Assembly: GCA_035533875.1 (NCBI GenBank)
Contig: DATLSZ010000020.1
Coordinates: 14,146-78,145 of the forward strand
DNA length: 64,000 nucleotides
Direction: 5' to 3'
Source of the DNA: Candidatus Acidiferrales bacterium
GTDB lineage: Bacteria; Patescibacteriota; Microgenomatia; Levybacterales; UBA12049
Position numbers and translations under genes: made by a program. The notes beneath the pieces are model-generated. The model was not told the origin of the DNA. It searched no databases and saw nothing but the letters and a program-made list of their open reading frames with translations. Positions 45,005-53,118 of this stretch are shown piece by piece; the first letter of the stretch is position 1; each line of letters opens with the position of its first letter.

Positions 45005-46093
45005 ATGACAATCCTGGGAATCGAAACAAGCTGTGATGAAACGGCAGTCGCTATCGTACAAGGTCATGAGGATCATGTTGAGTTAAAAACAAACGTACTA
45101 GCAACATCACTAGCCCTTCATGCCAAAACTGGTGGCATAATTCCAGAGCAGGCGGCACGGGAACAAATAAAATATATCCTCCCCACGCTAAAAAAAGCAC
45201 TTGATACCTCTGATACTTTTAATGCCTTAGAACAAATAGATGCCATCGCAGTCACGTACGGCCCAGGGCTGATAGGATCACTTCTCGTCGGTGTTGAAAC
45301 AGCAAAGACCCTGGCGTTTGTCTTGAACAAGCCTATCATCCCCGTCAATCACATGGTCGGCCACATCTATGCCAACTTTATTGCCACGTCATTGCGAGGA
45401 GGAACGACGAAGCAATCCCAAACGAGATTGCCGCACTTCGCCCGCAATGACGATATCAAATTTCCCGCACTCGCTCTCGTTGTTTCAGGCGGACATACCG
45501 ATCTTTTGTTAATAAAAAAACACGGTAACTTCGAGCTAATCGGCGGCACTCGTGATGACGCCGCAGGAGAAGCATTTGATAAAATCGGCAGAATGCTTGG
45601 ACTAGCGTATCCGGCCGGACCGGAAATTGAACGCCTTGCAAAACTCGGAGACCCCAAACGCTTCCGTTTCCCTCGCCCGCTTCTTCATGAAGATACCTAT
45701 GAATTCTCCTTTTCCGGCCTTAAAACAGCCGTTCTCAGAGAAGTTACAAATCTTAATACTCAAAACTCAGAACTAAACGCTCACACAATCAAGGATCTCG
45801 CCCGTGCCACCCAAGACGCTATCATTGAAGTACTTGTTAAAAAAACACTGAGAGCAGCCAAAGAACACAACGTCAAATCAATCCTCCTCTCAGGCGGTGT
45901 CGCAGCAAATCAAACATTGAGAGAACAATTTAAACGAGACGCTAGACGCTCTATGCTAGACGCTGAGATTTTTGCACCGCAAAAATCTCTCTGTACCGAT
46001 AACGCGGCAATGATCGCATCGGCAGCATATTTTAATTTCAACCCTGTTCCGTGGAATGAGGTAACCGCCGACCCTGAATTATATTTTGAATAA
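45005..46093 (+). CDS. tsaD: tRNA N6-adenosine threonylcarbamoyltransferase TsaD, carrying a palindromic-element insertion
   Basis: ILGIETSCDETAVAIV, VSGGHT and a C-terminal CTDNAAMIA. The extra segment ATSLRGGTTKQSQTRLPHFARNDD is encoded by the element at 45388..45451. Confidence 0.92.
   Translation: MTILGIETSCDETAVAIVQGHEDHVELKTNVLATSLALHAKTGGIIPEQAAREQIKYILPTLKKALDTSDTFNALEQIDAIAVTYGPGLIGSLLVGVETAKTLAFVLNKPIIPVNHMVGHIYANFIATSLRGGTTKQSQTRLPHFARNDDIKFPALALVVSGGHTDLLLIKKHGNFELIGGTRDDAAGEAFDKIGRMLGLAYPAGPEIERLAKLGDPKRFRFPRPLLHEDTYEFSFSGLKTAVLREVTNLNTQNSELNAHTIKDLARATQDAIIEVLVKKTLRAAKEHNVKSILLSGGVAANQTLREQFKRDARRSMLDAEIFAPQKSLCTDNAAMIASAAYFNFNPVPWNEVTADPELYFE
45388..45451. mobile_element. Second copy of the palindromic repeat element, inside tsaD
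   Basis: GTCATTGCGAGG ... CCCGCAATGAC termini with the inner GCAATC/GATTGC pair. It belongs to the same family as 13350..13427 and is read in a different frame at its 5' side. Confidence 0.75.
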
Positions 46094-46127
46094 ACATTTC
46101 CAGTTTTTCTAAAAGTATTTCGTGAAC

Positions 46128-46252
46128 GAGGAATAAATTTTTTCGCAAGGACGAATGCCACCTCGCCATTATTATAAAATCAAGAGAAACTAATGCAATA
46201 CCCCGAATACTAAAAACAATGAATGATGGGTCCAAGAAAAAATTTTGTTCCG
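46128..46252. repeat. AU-rich inverted-repeat element (copy X) upstream of the CAP-domain gene
   Basis: GAGGAATAAATTTTTT (46128..46143) pairs with AAAAAATTTTGTTCCG (46237..46252). It is related to 51792..51851. Confidence 0.55.
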
Positions 46253-46317
46253 AGTGAGAAATAACACTGATTTGCCCCGTGCAATCGATAAAAATTCGTG
46301 TTATATTGGTATAAATT

Positions 46318-46935
46318 ATGGGAAGACGATTGTCCTATATCTTACTCAGCTTTTTGATACTTACCGTCTTCTCAACCCACACCGTCTCCGCAGCCCAACA
46401 GCAAAATATACCAACCTTTTTCTCTTTTCTTGAAAATTATCTCCTCGCCTTTACTTCCATTACATCATATAACAACAAAGTTCTTGCTGCCCATACAGCG
46501 TCCCCAACAAACCAGCCTCCTACGCACCATTCACAACCATCTCCTCAGCTAACGCCACCACCAATCCAACAAAATGTATCTCTCTCAGATGTCTCATCGT
46601 ATATTTTGAATGGCGTCAATACGTATCGGTCATCACTCGGATTATCTCAGGTCCACGCAAGCAGCCAAACGTGTAACTTCGCCGCAACCCGCGCACTGGA
46701 AATAACAACCAGCTTCAGTCATGACGCATTTTATAGCCGGGTCAACAATCATACGATACCGTATTCATCCTGGTCACGTGCGGTTGAGAATATCGCGGAA
46801 GCACCCGATTATAAAGAGGTCGTCACGCTTTGGAAGAATTCACCCGGCCACGCCGCCAACATGCGGGACAATACACCATATGTCTGTATCATCCGAAACG
46901 GATCTTACTACGCCTATGAAGGCATGCGCCCCTAA
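46318..46935 (+). CDS. Secreted CAP/SCP (PR-1-like) domain protein
   Basis: A signal peptide and a Pro/Gln linker are followed by YRSSLGL..., AVENIAE and WKNSPGHAANM motifs. Confidence 0.7.
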   Translation: MGRRLSYILLSFLILTVFSTHTVSAAQQQNIPTFFSFLENYLLAFTSITSYNNKVLAAHTASPTNQPPTHHSQPSPQLTPPPIQQNVSLSDVSSYILNGVNTYRSSLGLSQVHASSQTCNFAATRALEITTSFSHDAFYSRVNNHTIPYSSWSRAVENIAEAPDYKEVVTLWKNSPGHAANMRDNTPYVCIIRNGSYYAYEGMRP

Positions 46936-46952
46936 ACGCTAAACGCTAAACG
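46932..46952. repeat. CTAAACG x3 tandem heptamer array
   Basis: Three perfect copies. The stop codon of the CAP gene (TAA, 46933..46935) lies inside the first unit. Confidence 0.9.
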
Positions 46953-46960
46953 CTCTCATA

Positions 46961-46969
46961 TGCTACAAT
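46961..46969 (+). promoter_or_regulatory. Extended -10 box TGCTACAAT, 6 nt upstream of the rmuC ATG (leaderless)
   Basis: The cassette AAACGCTCTCATATGCTACAATACCCCTATG is nearly identical to the one at 48799..48830. Confidence 0.6.
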
Positions 46970-46975
46970 ACCCCT

Positions 46976-48004
46976 ATGAATAACCTGCTCATCATTATTC
47001 TCATCATCGCCGGATTCGGGCTCCTCTATTATTTTCTTAATAAAAAGCTTTCCTCTCTCACCAAACAAGATACAGACCAAACTCTCCTCGAATGGCTGAA
47101 GACAATGCAGCAATCACTCGAAACAACAAACAAAACACTCAACGAATCCATGCAGGCAAATTCAACAACAATGGTCAGGACGCTTCAGGAAAATTCCAGG
47201 CAGCTCAATGACCGGCTTGATAAAGCTGCCGCAGTGATCAGAGACGTTGGACATGAAGTCGGACAGATGAGTGAAATCGGCCGCAGTATGAAAGAATTGC
47301 AGGACTTTCTCAAAAGCCCCAAGCTCCGAGGCAATATCGGTGAACAAGTGCTCAAAGACTTGATCACACAAATTTTCCCCAAGAATAGTTTTCATCTGCA
47401 GTACGAATTTGCGTCCGGTGAAAAAGTTGATGCCGCAATCCAAACCGATGCAGGCATTCTGCCGATTGATGCCAAATTCCCCATGGAAAATTTTCAAAGG
47501 TTATCCAAAGCCAAAACAGAAGATGAAACGAAAATACTGAGAAAAGATTTCTCACGGGATATTAAAAAGCATATCGACGCGATAGCCAAAAAATACATTT
47601 TGCCTACCGAAGGGACGATGGATTTTGCACTGATGTATGTTCCCTCCGAATCGGTCTTTTATGAAATTGTGAACATGGACGATCTCGTCGAATATGCAAG
47701 ACAACAGCGGGTATATATCGTTTCCCCGACCACGCTTTATGCGCACTTGCAGACAATCCTTCTATCTTATGAAGGACGGAAGATCGAAGAACAATCCAAA
47801 GAAATAGTAAAGCTTCTCCGCGGACTGCAGATTGATTATGAGAAAGTCAATGACTCCCTTGATGTCTTAGGCAAACACATCGGTAACGCATCCAACCAAT
47901 ACGTCAATGTCAATAAAAGTTTCCTTGGACTCGGACAAAAACTCTCAACGATCAAGCATCTTGGCAGTACAATAGAAAAGGGCGAACAAAAAAAGCTGGA
48001 GTAG
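46976..48004 (+). CDS. rmuC: DNA recombination protein RmuC
   Basis: 342 aa. An N-terminal TM and coiled coil are followed by a C-terminal nuclease-like domain (GE.VDAAI...PIDAKFP...MYVPSE). Confidence 0.8.
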   Translation: MNNLLIIILIIAGFGLLYYFLNKKLSSLTKQDTDQTLLEWLKTMQQSLETTNKTLNESMQANSTTMVRTLQENSRQLNDRLDKAAAVIRDVGHEVGQMSEIGRSMKELQDFLKSPKLRGNIGEQVLKDLITQIFPKNSFHLQYEFASGEKVDAAIQTDAGILPIDAKFPMENFQRLSKAKTEDETKILRKDFSRDIKKHIDAIAKKYILPTEGTMDFALMYVPSESVFYEIVNMDDLVEYARQQRVYIVSPTTLYAHLQTILLSYEGRKIEEQSKEIVKLLRGLQIDYEKVNDSLDVLGKHIGNASNQYVNVNKSFLGLGQKLSTIKHLGSTIEKGEQKKLE

Positions 48005-48050
48005 CAGAGCTTGATTACCATTACATAAAACGGTTAAAATAGAATCAACT

Positions 48051-48410
48051 ATGAACTTCGGAGGAATTATCCCAAAACCCAATATCATGATAAACCGTCC
48101 AAAAAAAATCAGTAATACCAGCAATCTGTACAAAATTCCTATCAGCCACACCAGTTTGGATGGAAAAACAACGAACCAATATGAAATTTGGACAACGAGA
48201 GAAGCCGTCCAACAGCATTTTCAAGGATTGACTGAAGAGCCAAAGGAATATGAACTCAAAAAATTTGCGCGGCAATTATACGAAAAACAATTACGCAGTA
48301 GCAAAGGTCCTCTTCAACATAAAGGCATTTTGGTAACTTCAGATAGTGTGACTCATGGCAATCCGCTTCTCTGGCCGAATAATATTTCACACCCGGAAGT
48401 GAAACTTTAA
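48051..48410 (+). CDS. Hypothetical protein
   Basis: A 119-aa ORF with no recognisable motif. Coding status is uncertain. Confidence 0.35.
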   Translation: MNFGGIIPKPNIMINRPKKISNTSNLYKIPISHTSLDGKTTNQYEIWTTREAVQQHFQGLTEEPKEYELKKFARQLYEKQLRSSKGPLQHKGILVTSDSVTHGNPLLWPNNISHPEVKL

Positions 48411-48731
48411 TTACTTCTGCAATATAAATGTCCCCATTGGACCAAAGCATTGTAATTCAGATCCTCGTTTTAACGAAAACAATGCTTTTTTAAAGCTGCT
48501 TTTCGTACGTCTTGTTGTAATCATCACACGCATTTCTCTTGGTGATGATGAAATGGTAAAAAAGCGAGTCGATCCTTCACTATCCGCATGCTCATGCGGC
48601 AGAGTTATCTGTACATATTGTCCCGCATGAAACTTGAATTCTTTCGGCGCACGGAAATAAAACGATGAGATATCGTTCATCAGCTTTTCTTTTTTAATAA
48701 ATGAGAGAAAAAATGGCTTTACCTTAACCAT
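48411..48731 (-). CDS. Isolated FAD-binding (FNR-like, FAD_binding_6-type) domain fragment, possibly a gene remnant
   Basis: 106 aa. FKFHAGQYVQITLP...RFFTISSSP...GPMGTF matches the N-terminal half of ferredoxin-reductase-type proteins. No NAD-binding half is present in any frame downstream. Confidence 0.5.
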   Translation of the reverse strand: MVKVKPFFLSFIKKEKLMNDISSFYFRAPKEFKFHAGQYVQITLPHEHADSEGSTRFFTISSSPREMRVMITTRRTKSSFKKALFSLKRGSELQCFGPMGTFILQK

Positions 48732-48755
48732 ACTGTTATTATACCAATCAACAAA

Positions 48756-48804
48756 CTAAACGCTAAACGCTAAACGCTAAACGCTAAACGCTAAACGCTA
48801 AACG
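48756..48804. repeat. CTAAACG x7 tandem heptamer array
   Basis: Seven perfect tandem copies (49 bp) immediately upstream of the promoter cassette. Confidence 0.95.
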
Positions 48805-48812
48805 CTCTCATA

Positions 48813-48821
48813 TGCTACAAT
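48813..48821 (+). promoter_or_regulatory. Extended -10 box TGCTACAAT, 6 nt upstream of the helicase ATG (leaderless)
   Basis: AAACGCTCTCATATGCTACAATACCTCCATG is a duplicate of the rmuC cassette. Confidence 0.6.
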
Positions 48822-48827
48822 ACCTCC

Positions 48828-51755
48828 ATGCCCGACTTGAGCTCACTCAACGAAGAACAAAAGCAAGCTGTCACCCACGGTACCGGCCCGTTGTTGATCA
48901 TCGCCGGTGCGGGAACAGGGAAGACAACGGTTATTACCAAACGCATAGAACATCTCATCCTTGATAAAAAAATACCCGCTTCCAATATCCTTGCACTCAC
49001 CTTCACCGAAAAGGCGGCCCAGGAGATGGAAACACGTATCGATGAAGTCCTCCCGTATGGATACACAACACTATGGATCGAGACGTTTCATGCATTCTGT
49101 GATAGGATTCTCAAACAAGAAGCAATTAATATTGGGTTAAACCCCCGGTTTGATCTGCTTAGTGAAGCAGAGTCGCTGTTGTTCCTGAGAAAACATTTAT
49201 TCGATTTCAAGCTTGATTATTACCGTCCGCTCGGAAACCCCATGAAATTTCTGCAGGGAATGCTCACCCATTTCTCACGTCTCAAAGACGACGACATCAC
49301 CCCTGAGCAATATCTAAACTATGCAAAAAAACGAGACGCTCAACATGCTCCGCTCGACGCTGATGAGGTAAAAAAAACTATTGAGCTTGCTCATGCATTT
49401 AAAATCTACGAAGATCTCAAGGCAAAAGAAGGCGTCATGGATTATTCAGATCTTATCAGTAATACCTTAAAACTGTTCCGTGATCGCCCATCGGTACTAC
49501 GACAATATCAAAAACAATTCCAGTATGTCTTTGTTGATGAATTCCAGGATACTAATTATGCCCAGAACGAAATGGCAATTCTCCTAGCTGGAGAGAGGCA
49601 AAATATTACGGTAGTCGGCGATGACGATCAAAGCATCTACCGCTGGCGTGGTGCTGCCATTGCCAATATGATGCAGTTCCGGACACACTTTCCAAAGGCC
49701 GAAATTGTGACTCTCACAAAAAATTACCGCTCAACACAGAGCGTTCTGGATGGTGCATATCAATTAATACAAAATAACAACCCCGACAGACTAGAGGTAA
49801 AAGAAAAAATAGACAAGAAACTTACTGCGATGCGGGAGATAAAAGGAGAACAGATCGAATTTATTTATGCCAACCGCGGGGAAGAAGAAGCAGAAACTGT
49901 CGCCAAAGCAATTCTTGCGGACATAAAAAAATCGAACCGGTCGTATAACGACTACGCAATTTTGGTCCGGGCAAATGACCATTCAACGCCATTCCAGCGA
50001 GCATTGGAACGAGCACGTATCCCCTACCAATTTCTCGGACCAGGCCATCTTTTCCAGCAGTCGGAAATCAAAGACTTGGTCGCCTATCTGCATGTATTGT
50101 CAAATTTTGATGATATGTCTTCACTGTACCGCATCATCACCATGCCGGTATTTGACCTGCAGGCACGCGACGTTGCATCGATTCTCAACTTTGCCAAACG
50201 TAGCAATTTTTCTCTCTTTGAGGCAATGGAACATGCTGATGAGTCTTCACTGACCGCAGACGGAAAAGAAAAAATACAGCGGATCACTGAGATGATCAAG
50301 AAGCATCTGGAAAAAGTTCCCAAAGAGGAAGCAGGACAGATCCTCTATCACTTTTTTGAAGACTCAGGACTTCTTGGACACTATCTCGACCCGGGATCGG
50401 CACGGACAGAAAAAGAAGCGCAGAACATCGCCAAATTTTTTGAAAAGCTGCAGAGCTTTGCCGCCAATCATACCGACGCATCGGTTTTTGCTGTCGTTGA
50501 CTGGCTTGACCTTTCAATGGAACTCGGGGAAAGCCCGCAGGCAGCCGAGATAGACTGGACGAGAAACAACGCAGTCAACATCCTCACCGTTCATGCGAGT
50601 AAAGGTCTTGAATTCCCCGTTGTGTTTGTCATCAATCTCGTATCCCAACGTTTTCCGAGTCGTGACCGTAAAGAACAAATACCTGTACCAACAGATATCA
50701 TTCGAGAATCATTACCCGAAGGAGAAGAAGGTCTCCAGGAGGAACGGAGACTTTTTTATGTCGCGATTACCCGAGCCAAAGACAAACTCTTTTTGACAGC
50801 ATCACGCTTCTATAATGAAGGCAAAAGAGAACGTAAGATCTCTCCATTCGTTATCGAAACTCTTGGTGAACAAACGGTGCAAGCAATTGTCAAAAAACAA
50901 ACAGCCGTCCCGCCTGGTCAACAACTCTCACTTTTGGAAGTACTCAACAGCAACATCCAAAACCAAAATGAAAATAAAAAACCTGAAACACCTAGCCCCT
51001 CGTCCCTCGTCCCTATCACTTACATCTCTTATTCCCAGCTCCAAACCTTTGAGACATGCCCACTGCATTACAAACTCCGATATATCCTCAACCTTCCGTC
51101 TCCTCCTTCACCTGCTTTGAGCTATGGAATTAGCGTACACAGTACGCTTCGTGATTATTTTCAACTGCTTTTACATAATCAAAAGCCAAAACCAGAAACC
51201 ATACAGGAACTGCTCAAAAAAAATTGGGTCAATCAAGGATTCACGAGTAAAACCCATGAGACTCAGACATTTGAGCAAGCACAAACAATGCTTGAAAAAT
51301 TTGCTAAACAAACAATCCAACATATGCCACTTACCCTGTCTGTAGAACTGCCGTTTAATTTTTGGCTGGACAAACTAAAAGTTGGAGGAAGAATTGACAG
51401 GATTGATAAGCTGGATGACGGACGGATTGAGATCATTGATTATAAAACAGGAAGAAACGTCCCGACAGAAAAAAAAGTCCGGGAAGACCTCCAGCTTTCG
51501 TTCTATGCGCTTGCAGCTGCGGAAGTACAAGACGGCATCCTTGGGAAAGATCCAGCAGATGTCCTTCTGACACTATATTATCTGGAAGAAGATAAAAAAA
51601 TCTCAACGACAAGAACTCGTGAAGATCTCGAAAAAGCAAAGACAGATATCCTTGCAAAAGTCGCAGAGATCCAGACAAGCGACTTCACATGCAGCCATAG
51701 TATCCTCTGCAAACACTGCGAGTACCAGATGCTCTGCCAGGCAGACCGGGCATAA
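48828..51755 (+). CDS. UvrD/PcrA-type superfamily 1 helicase fused to a C-terminal PD-(D/E)xK (Cas4/AddB-like, 4-Cys) nuclease domain
   Basis: Helicase motifs are AGAGTGKTT (Walker A), VDEFQDTN and TVHASKGLEFPVV. The C-terminal part has YSQLQTFETCPLHYKLRY, IIDYKTG and CKHCEYQMLC (C-x2-C-x5-C). Confidence 0.88.
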   Translation: MPDLSSLNEEQKQAVTHGTGPLLIIAGAGTGKTTVITKRIEHLILDKKIPASNILALTFTEKAAQEMETRIDEVLPYGYTTLWIETFHAFCDRILKQEAINIGLNPRFDLLSEAESLLFLRKHLFDFKLDYYRPLGNPMKFLQGMLTHFSRLKDDDITPEQYLNYAKKRDAQHAPLDADEVKKTIELAHAFKIYEDLKAKEGVMDYSDLISNTLKLFRDRPSVLRQYQKQFQYVFVDEFQDTNYAQNEMAILLAGERQNITVVGDDDQSIYRWRGAAIANMMQFRTHFPKAEIVTLTKNYRSTQSVLDGAYQLIQNNNPDRLEVKEKIDKKLTAMREIKGEQIEFIYANRGEEEAETVAKAILADIKKSNRSYNDYAILVRANDHSTPFQRALERARIPYQFLGPGHLFQQSEIKDLVAYLHVLSNFDDMSSLYRIITMPVFDLQARDVASILNFAKRSNFSLFEAMEHADESSLTADGKEKIQRITEMIKKHLEKVPKEEAGQILYHFFEDSGLLGHYLDPGSARTEKEAQNIAKFFEKLQSFAANHTDASVFAVVDWLDLSMELGESPQAAEIDWTRNNAVNILTVHASKGLEFPVVFVINLVSQRFPSRDRKEQIPVPTDIIRESLPEGEEGLQEERRLFYVAITRAKDKLFLTASRFYNEGKRERKISPFVIETLGEQTVQAIVKKQTAVPPGQQLSLLEVLNSNIQNQNENKKPETPSPSSLVPITYISYSQLQTFETCPLHYKLRYILNLPSPPSPALSYGISVHSTLRDYFQLLLHNQKPKPETIQELLKKNWVNQGFTSKTHETQTFEQAQTMLEKFAKQTIQHMPLTLSVELPFNFWLDKLKVGGRIDRIDKLDDGRIEIIDYKTGRNVPTEKKVREDLQLSFYALAAAEVQDGILGKDPADVLLTLYYLEEDKKISTTRTREDLEKAKTDILAKVAEIQTSDFTCSHSILCKHCEYQMLCQADRA

Positions 51756-51791
51756 AAGATGATTAGCATGCTAGTAAGATAAGCAAAGCGA

Positions 51792-51851
51792 GGAACAAAT
51801 TTTTTTCGCAGAATGGATGACGAAGTCTGTATTCAAAAAAAAATTCGTTCC
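51792..51851. repeat. AU-rich inverted-repeat element (copy Y) upstream of the 51922 gene
   Basis: GGAACAAATTTTTTT (51792..51806) pairs with AAAAAAAAATTCGTTCC (51835..51851), about 15 bp with 1 mismatch. Differences from copy X keep the arms paired (C-G becomes U.G, A.C becomes A-U). Confidence 0.55.
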
Positions 51852-51921
51852 GAACGAAATAATAATACTTTGACAAACCGTCCCCTTGAAAAAAAAGCCC
51901 AAGTAAGCCACTATTATATAT

Positions 51922-52668
51922 GTGGGAATAAATACCGGCGCTCTCTATATCATCTTTATCATGCTCGCAATACTCGGAGTTTCGTATATATTGTCTGGTC
52001 CGACGCCAAGCCAAACACCAATCCTTACCGGCCCGGAAGTAGTAATTAATAAAAAACCGGCAAATAAAGCCCAGGCAGTACTGCAGCTTTATAACTTCAA
52101 CGGAGCAACGATCACCCCGCCGGTCACCTCACTATGCAAAAAAGGTGGAGCCAATGTCCATCCTGAAGCAATTGTTGCCTATTCACCTGCTCAGTCAAAT
52201 GCCGTCAGTGCATACGGTCAAATTAAGATCTGGGTCAGTGATACCAAACAGCCGTATATCGCACCCAATGAACAAATAATAAAAAGCTCCGGAGCGATCA
52301 AAACACCGGGGAATAGAGCAGCAACCGCACCTGACGGTTATCGATGGGAACCGCAGCTGTATGTCTTTCCGGCAACAGTAGAAAATAATGGCAAAGCCTA
52401 TTTTCCTGATCTTATTCAAGGAGACTATTTTAATGGGGCACCCAATGTCTCATACGGCAGTGATATTCTTCCACCCTATGCTCTTCCTCTCAGCTCATAT
52501 ACCGTTGAATTTGTATGGAATGTCAGTGACATTGGTTTGACGGACGGAGATTACGAAATCGAATTTGTAGTACATGACGGAAATCAAAAACTAGGCGTCA
52601 AATGTATGAATCTTCGTGTTTATACCCCGCCAGCAAGTCAGAACCAACAAAACAAACTCCCACTGTAG
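51922..52668 (+). CDS. Membrane-anchored uncharacterised surface protein (paralog A)
   Basis: 248 aa with a GTG start and an N-terminal TM. The ~190-aa domain is shared with 53748..54569 (AYSPA..GQIK[IV]WV[ST]D...IAP...ATAPDGY..EP.LY...YT.E[FY][IV]W[ND]VS..GL..G.Y..EF..HDG). Confidence 0.65.
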   Translation: MGINTGALYIIFIMLAILGVSYILSGPTPSQTPILTGPEVVINKKPANKAQAVLQLYNFNGATITPPVTSLCKKGGANVHPEAIVAYSPAQSNAVSAYGQIKIWVSDTKQPYIAPNEQIIKSSGAIKTPGNRAATAPDGYRWEPQLYVFPATVENNGKAYFPDLIQGDYFNGAPNVSYGSDILPPYALPLSSYTVEFVWNVSDIGLTDGDYEIEFVVHDGNQKLGVKCMNLRVYTPPASQNQQNKLPL

Positions 52669-52794
52669 ATTAAAGCGTAAAATAAAATTCTAGGAAGAGA
52701 GTAAGCCAGATTTTGTTCATGATCACAATTTATCTCAACGATGATATGATGTCATCCTTGCCCCGTTTTTAGCGGGGTGCCTTCGCTTCGATGC

Positions 52795-53082
52795 TCCAAC
52801 GTGATAGTCTTTTCCGATAAGCCGGAGATTTCGCATCATTCGGAAGTTGCAGGGGGTAGGATTACCCGTTTCATTTTCACTCGTCACTGCTGCTCTCACA
52901 TACTGTCAATTCAGCATGTGTTCCAAACTCCGTTTAGTGAAATCAAAAGTTTGGACACCAGCGCTTACGCGTCGGAACTTGCGTTCCGTCCCCTCACGTT
53001 TCCTGTCTGGACTTTCCTCTCCGCTTCGCAGAAGCTCTGCGGAGTAGTGATCCTTCTTCCTAGAACAAAATAAGTATATCCT
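52795..53082 (-). ncRNA. rnpB: RNase P RNA (bacterial type, compact)
   Basis: The minus strand contains GGAGAGGAAAGTCCAGAC (P4 5' strand, 53019..53009 core) and GAAATCTCCGGCTTATCGG (P4 3' strand, 52825..52814). The promoter at 53118..53090 places the 5' end near 53082. The 3' end is uncertain by about 30 nt. Confidence 0.8.
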
Positions 53083-53089
53083 ATAGCAG

Positions 53090-53118
53090 AATATAATGCA
53101 ACTATGCAGTTCTTTCAA
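53090..53118 (-). promoter_or_regulatory. Promoter of rnpB
   Basis: Minus strand: TTGAAA (53118..53113), 17 nt, TATATT (53095..53090). A G/A lies 7-9 nt downstream. Confidence 0.6.

Noticed and set aside
48756-48804. Tandem CTAAACG repeats as a possible CRISPR array.
   Set aside because: The units are 7 nt and directly abutting, with no spacers, and no cas genes are nearby. This is a simple tandem repeat.
52761-52777. The hairpin CCCCG-TTTTTAG-CGGGG as the rnpB terminator.
   Set aside because: On the rnpB (minus) strand it is not followed by a T run, and its distance from the P4 3' strand is ambiguous. I left it unannotated, with the rnpB 3' end marked uncertain.
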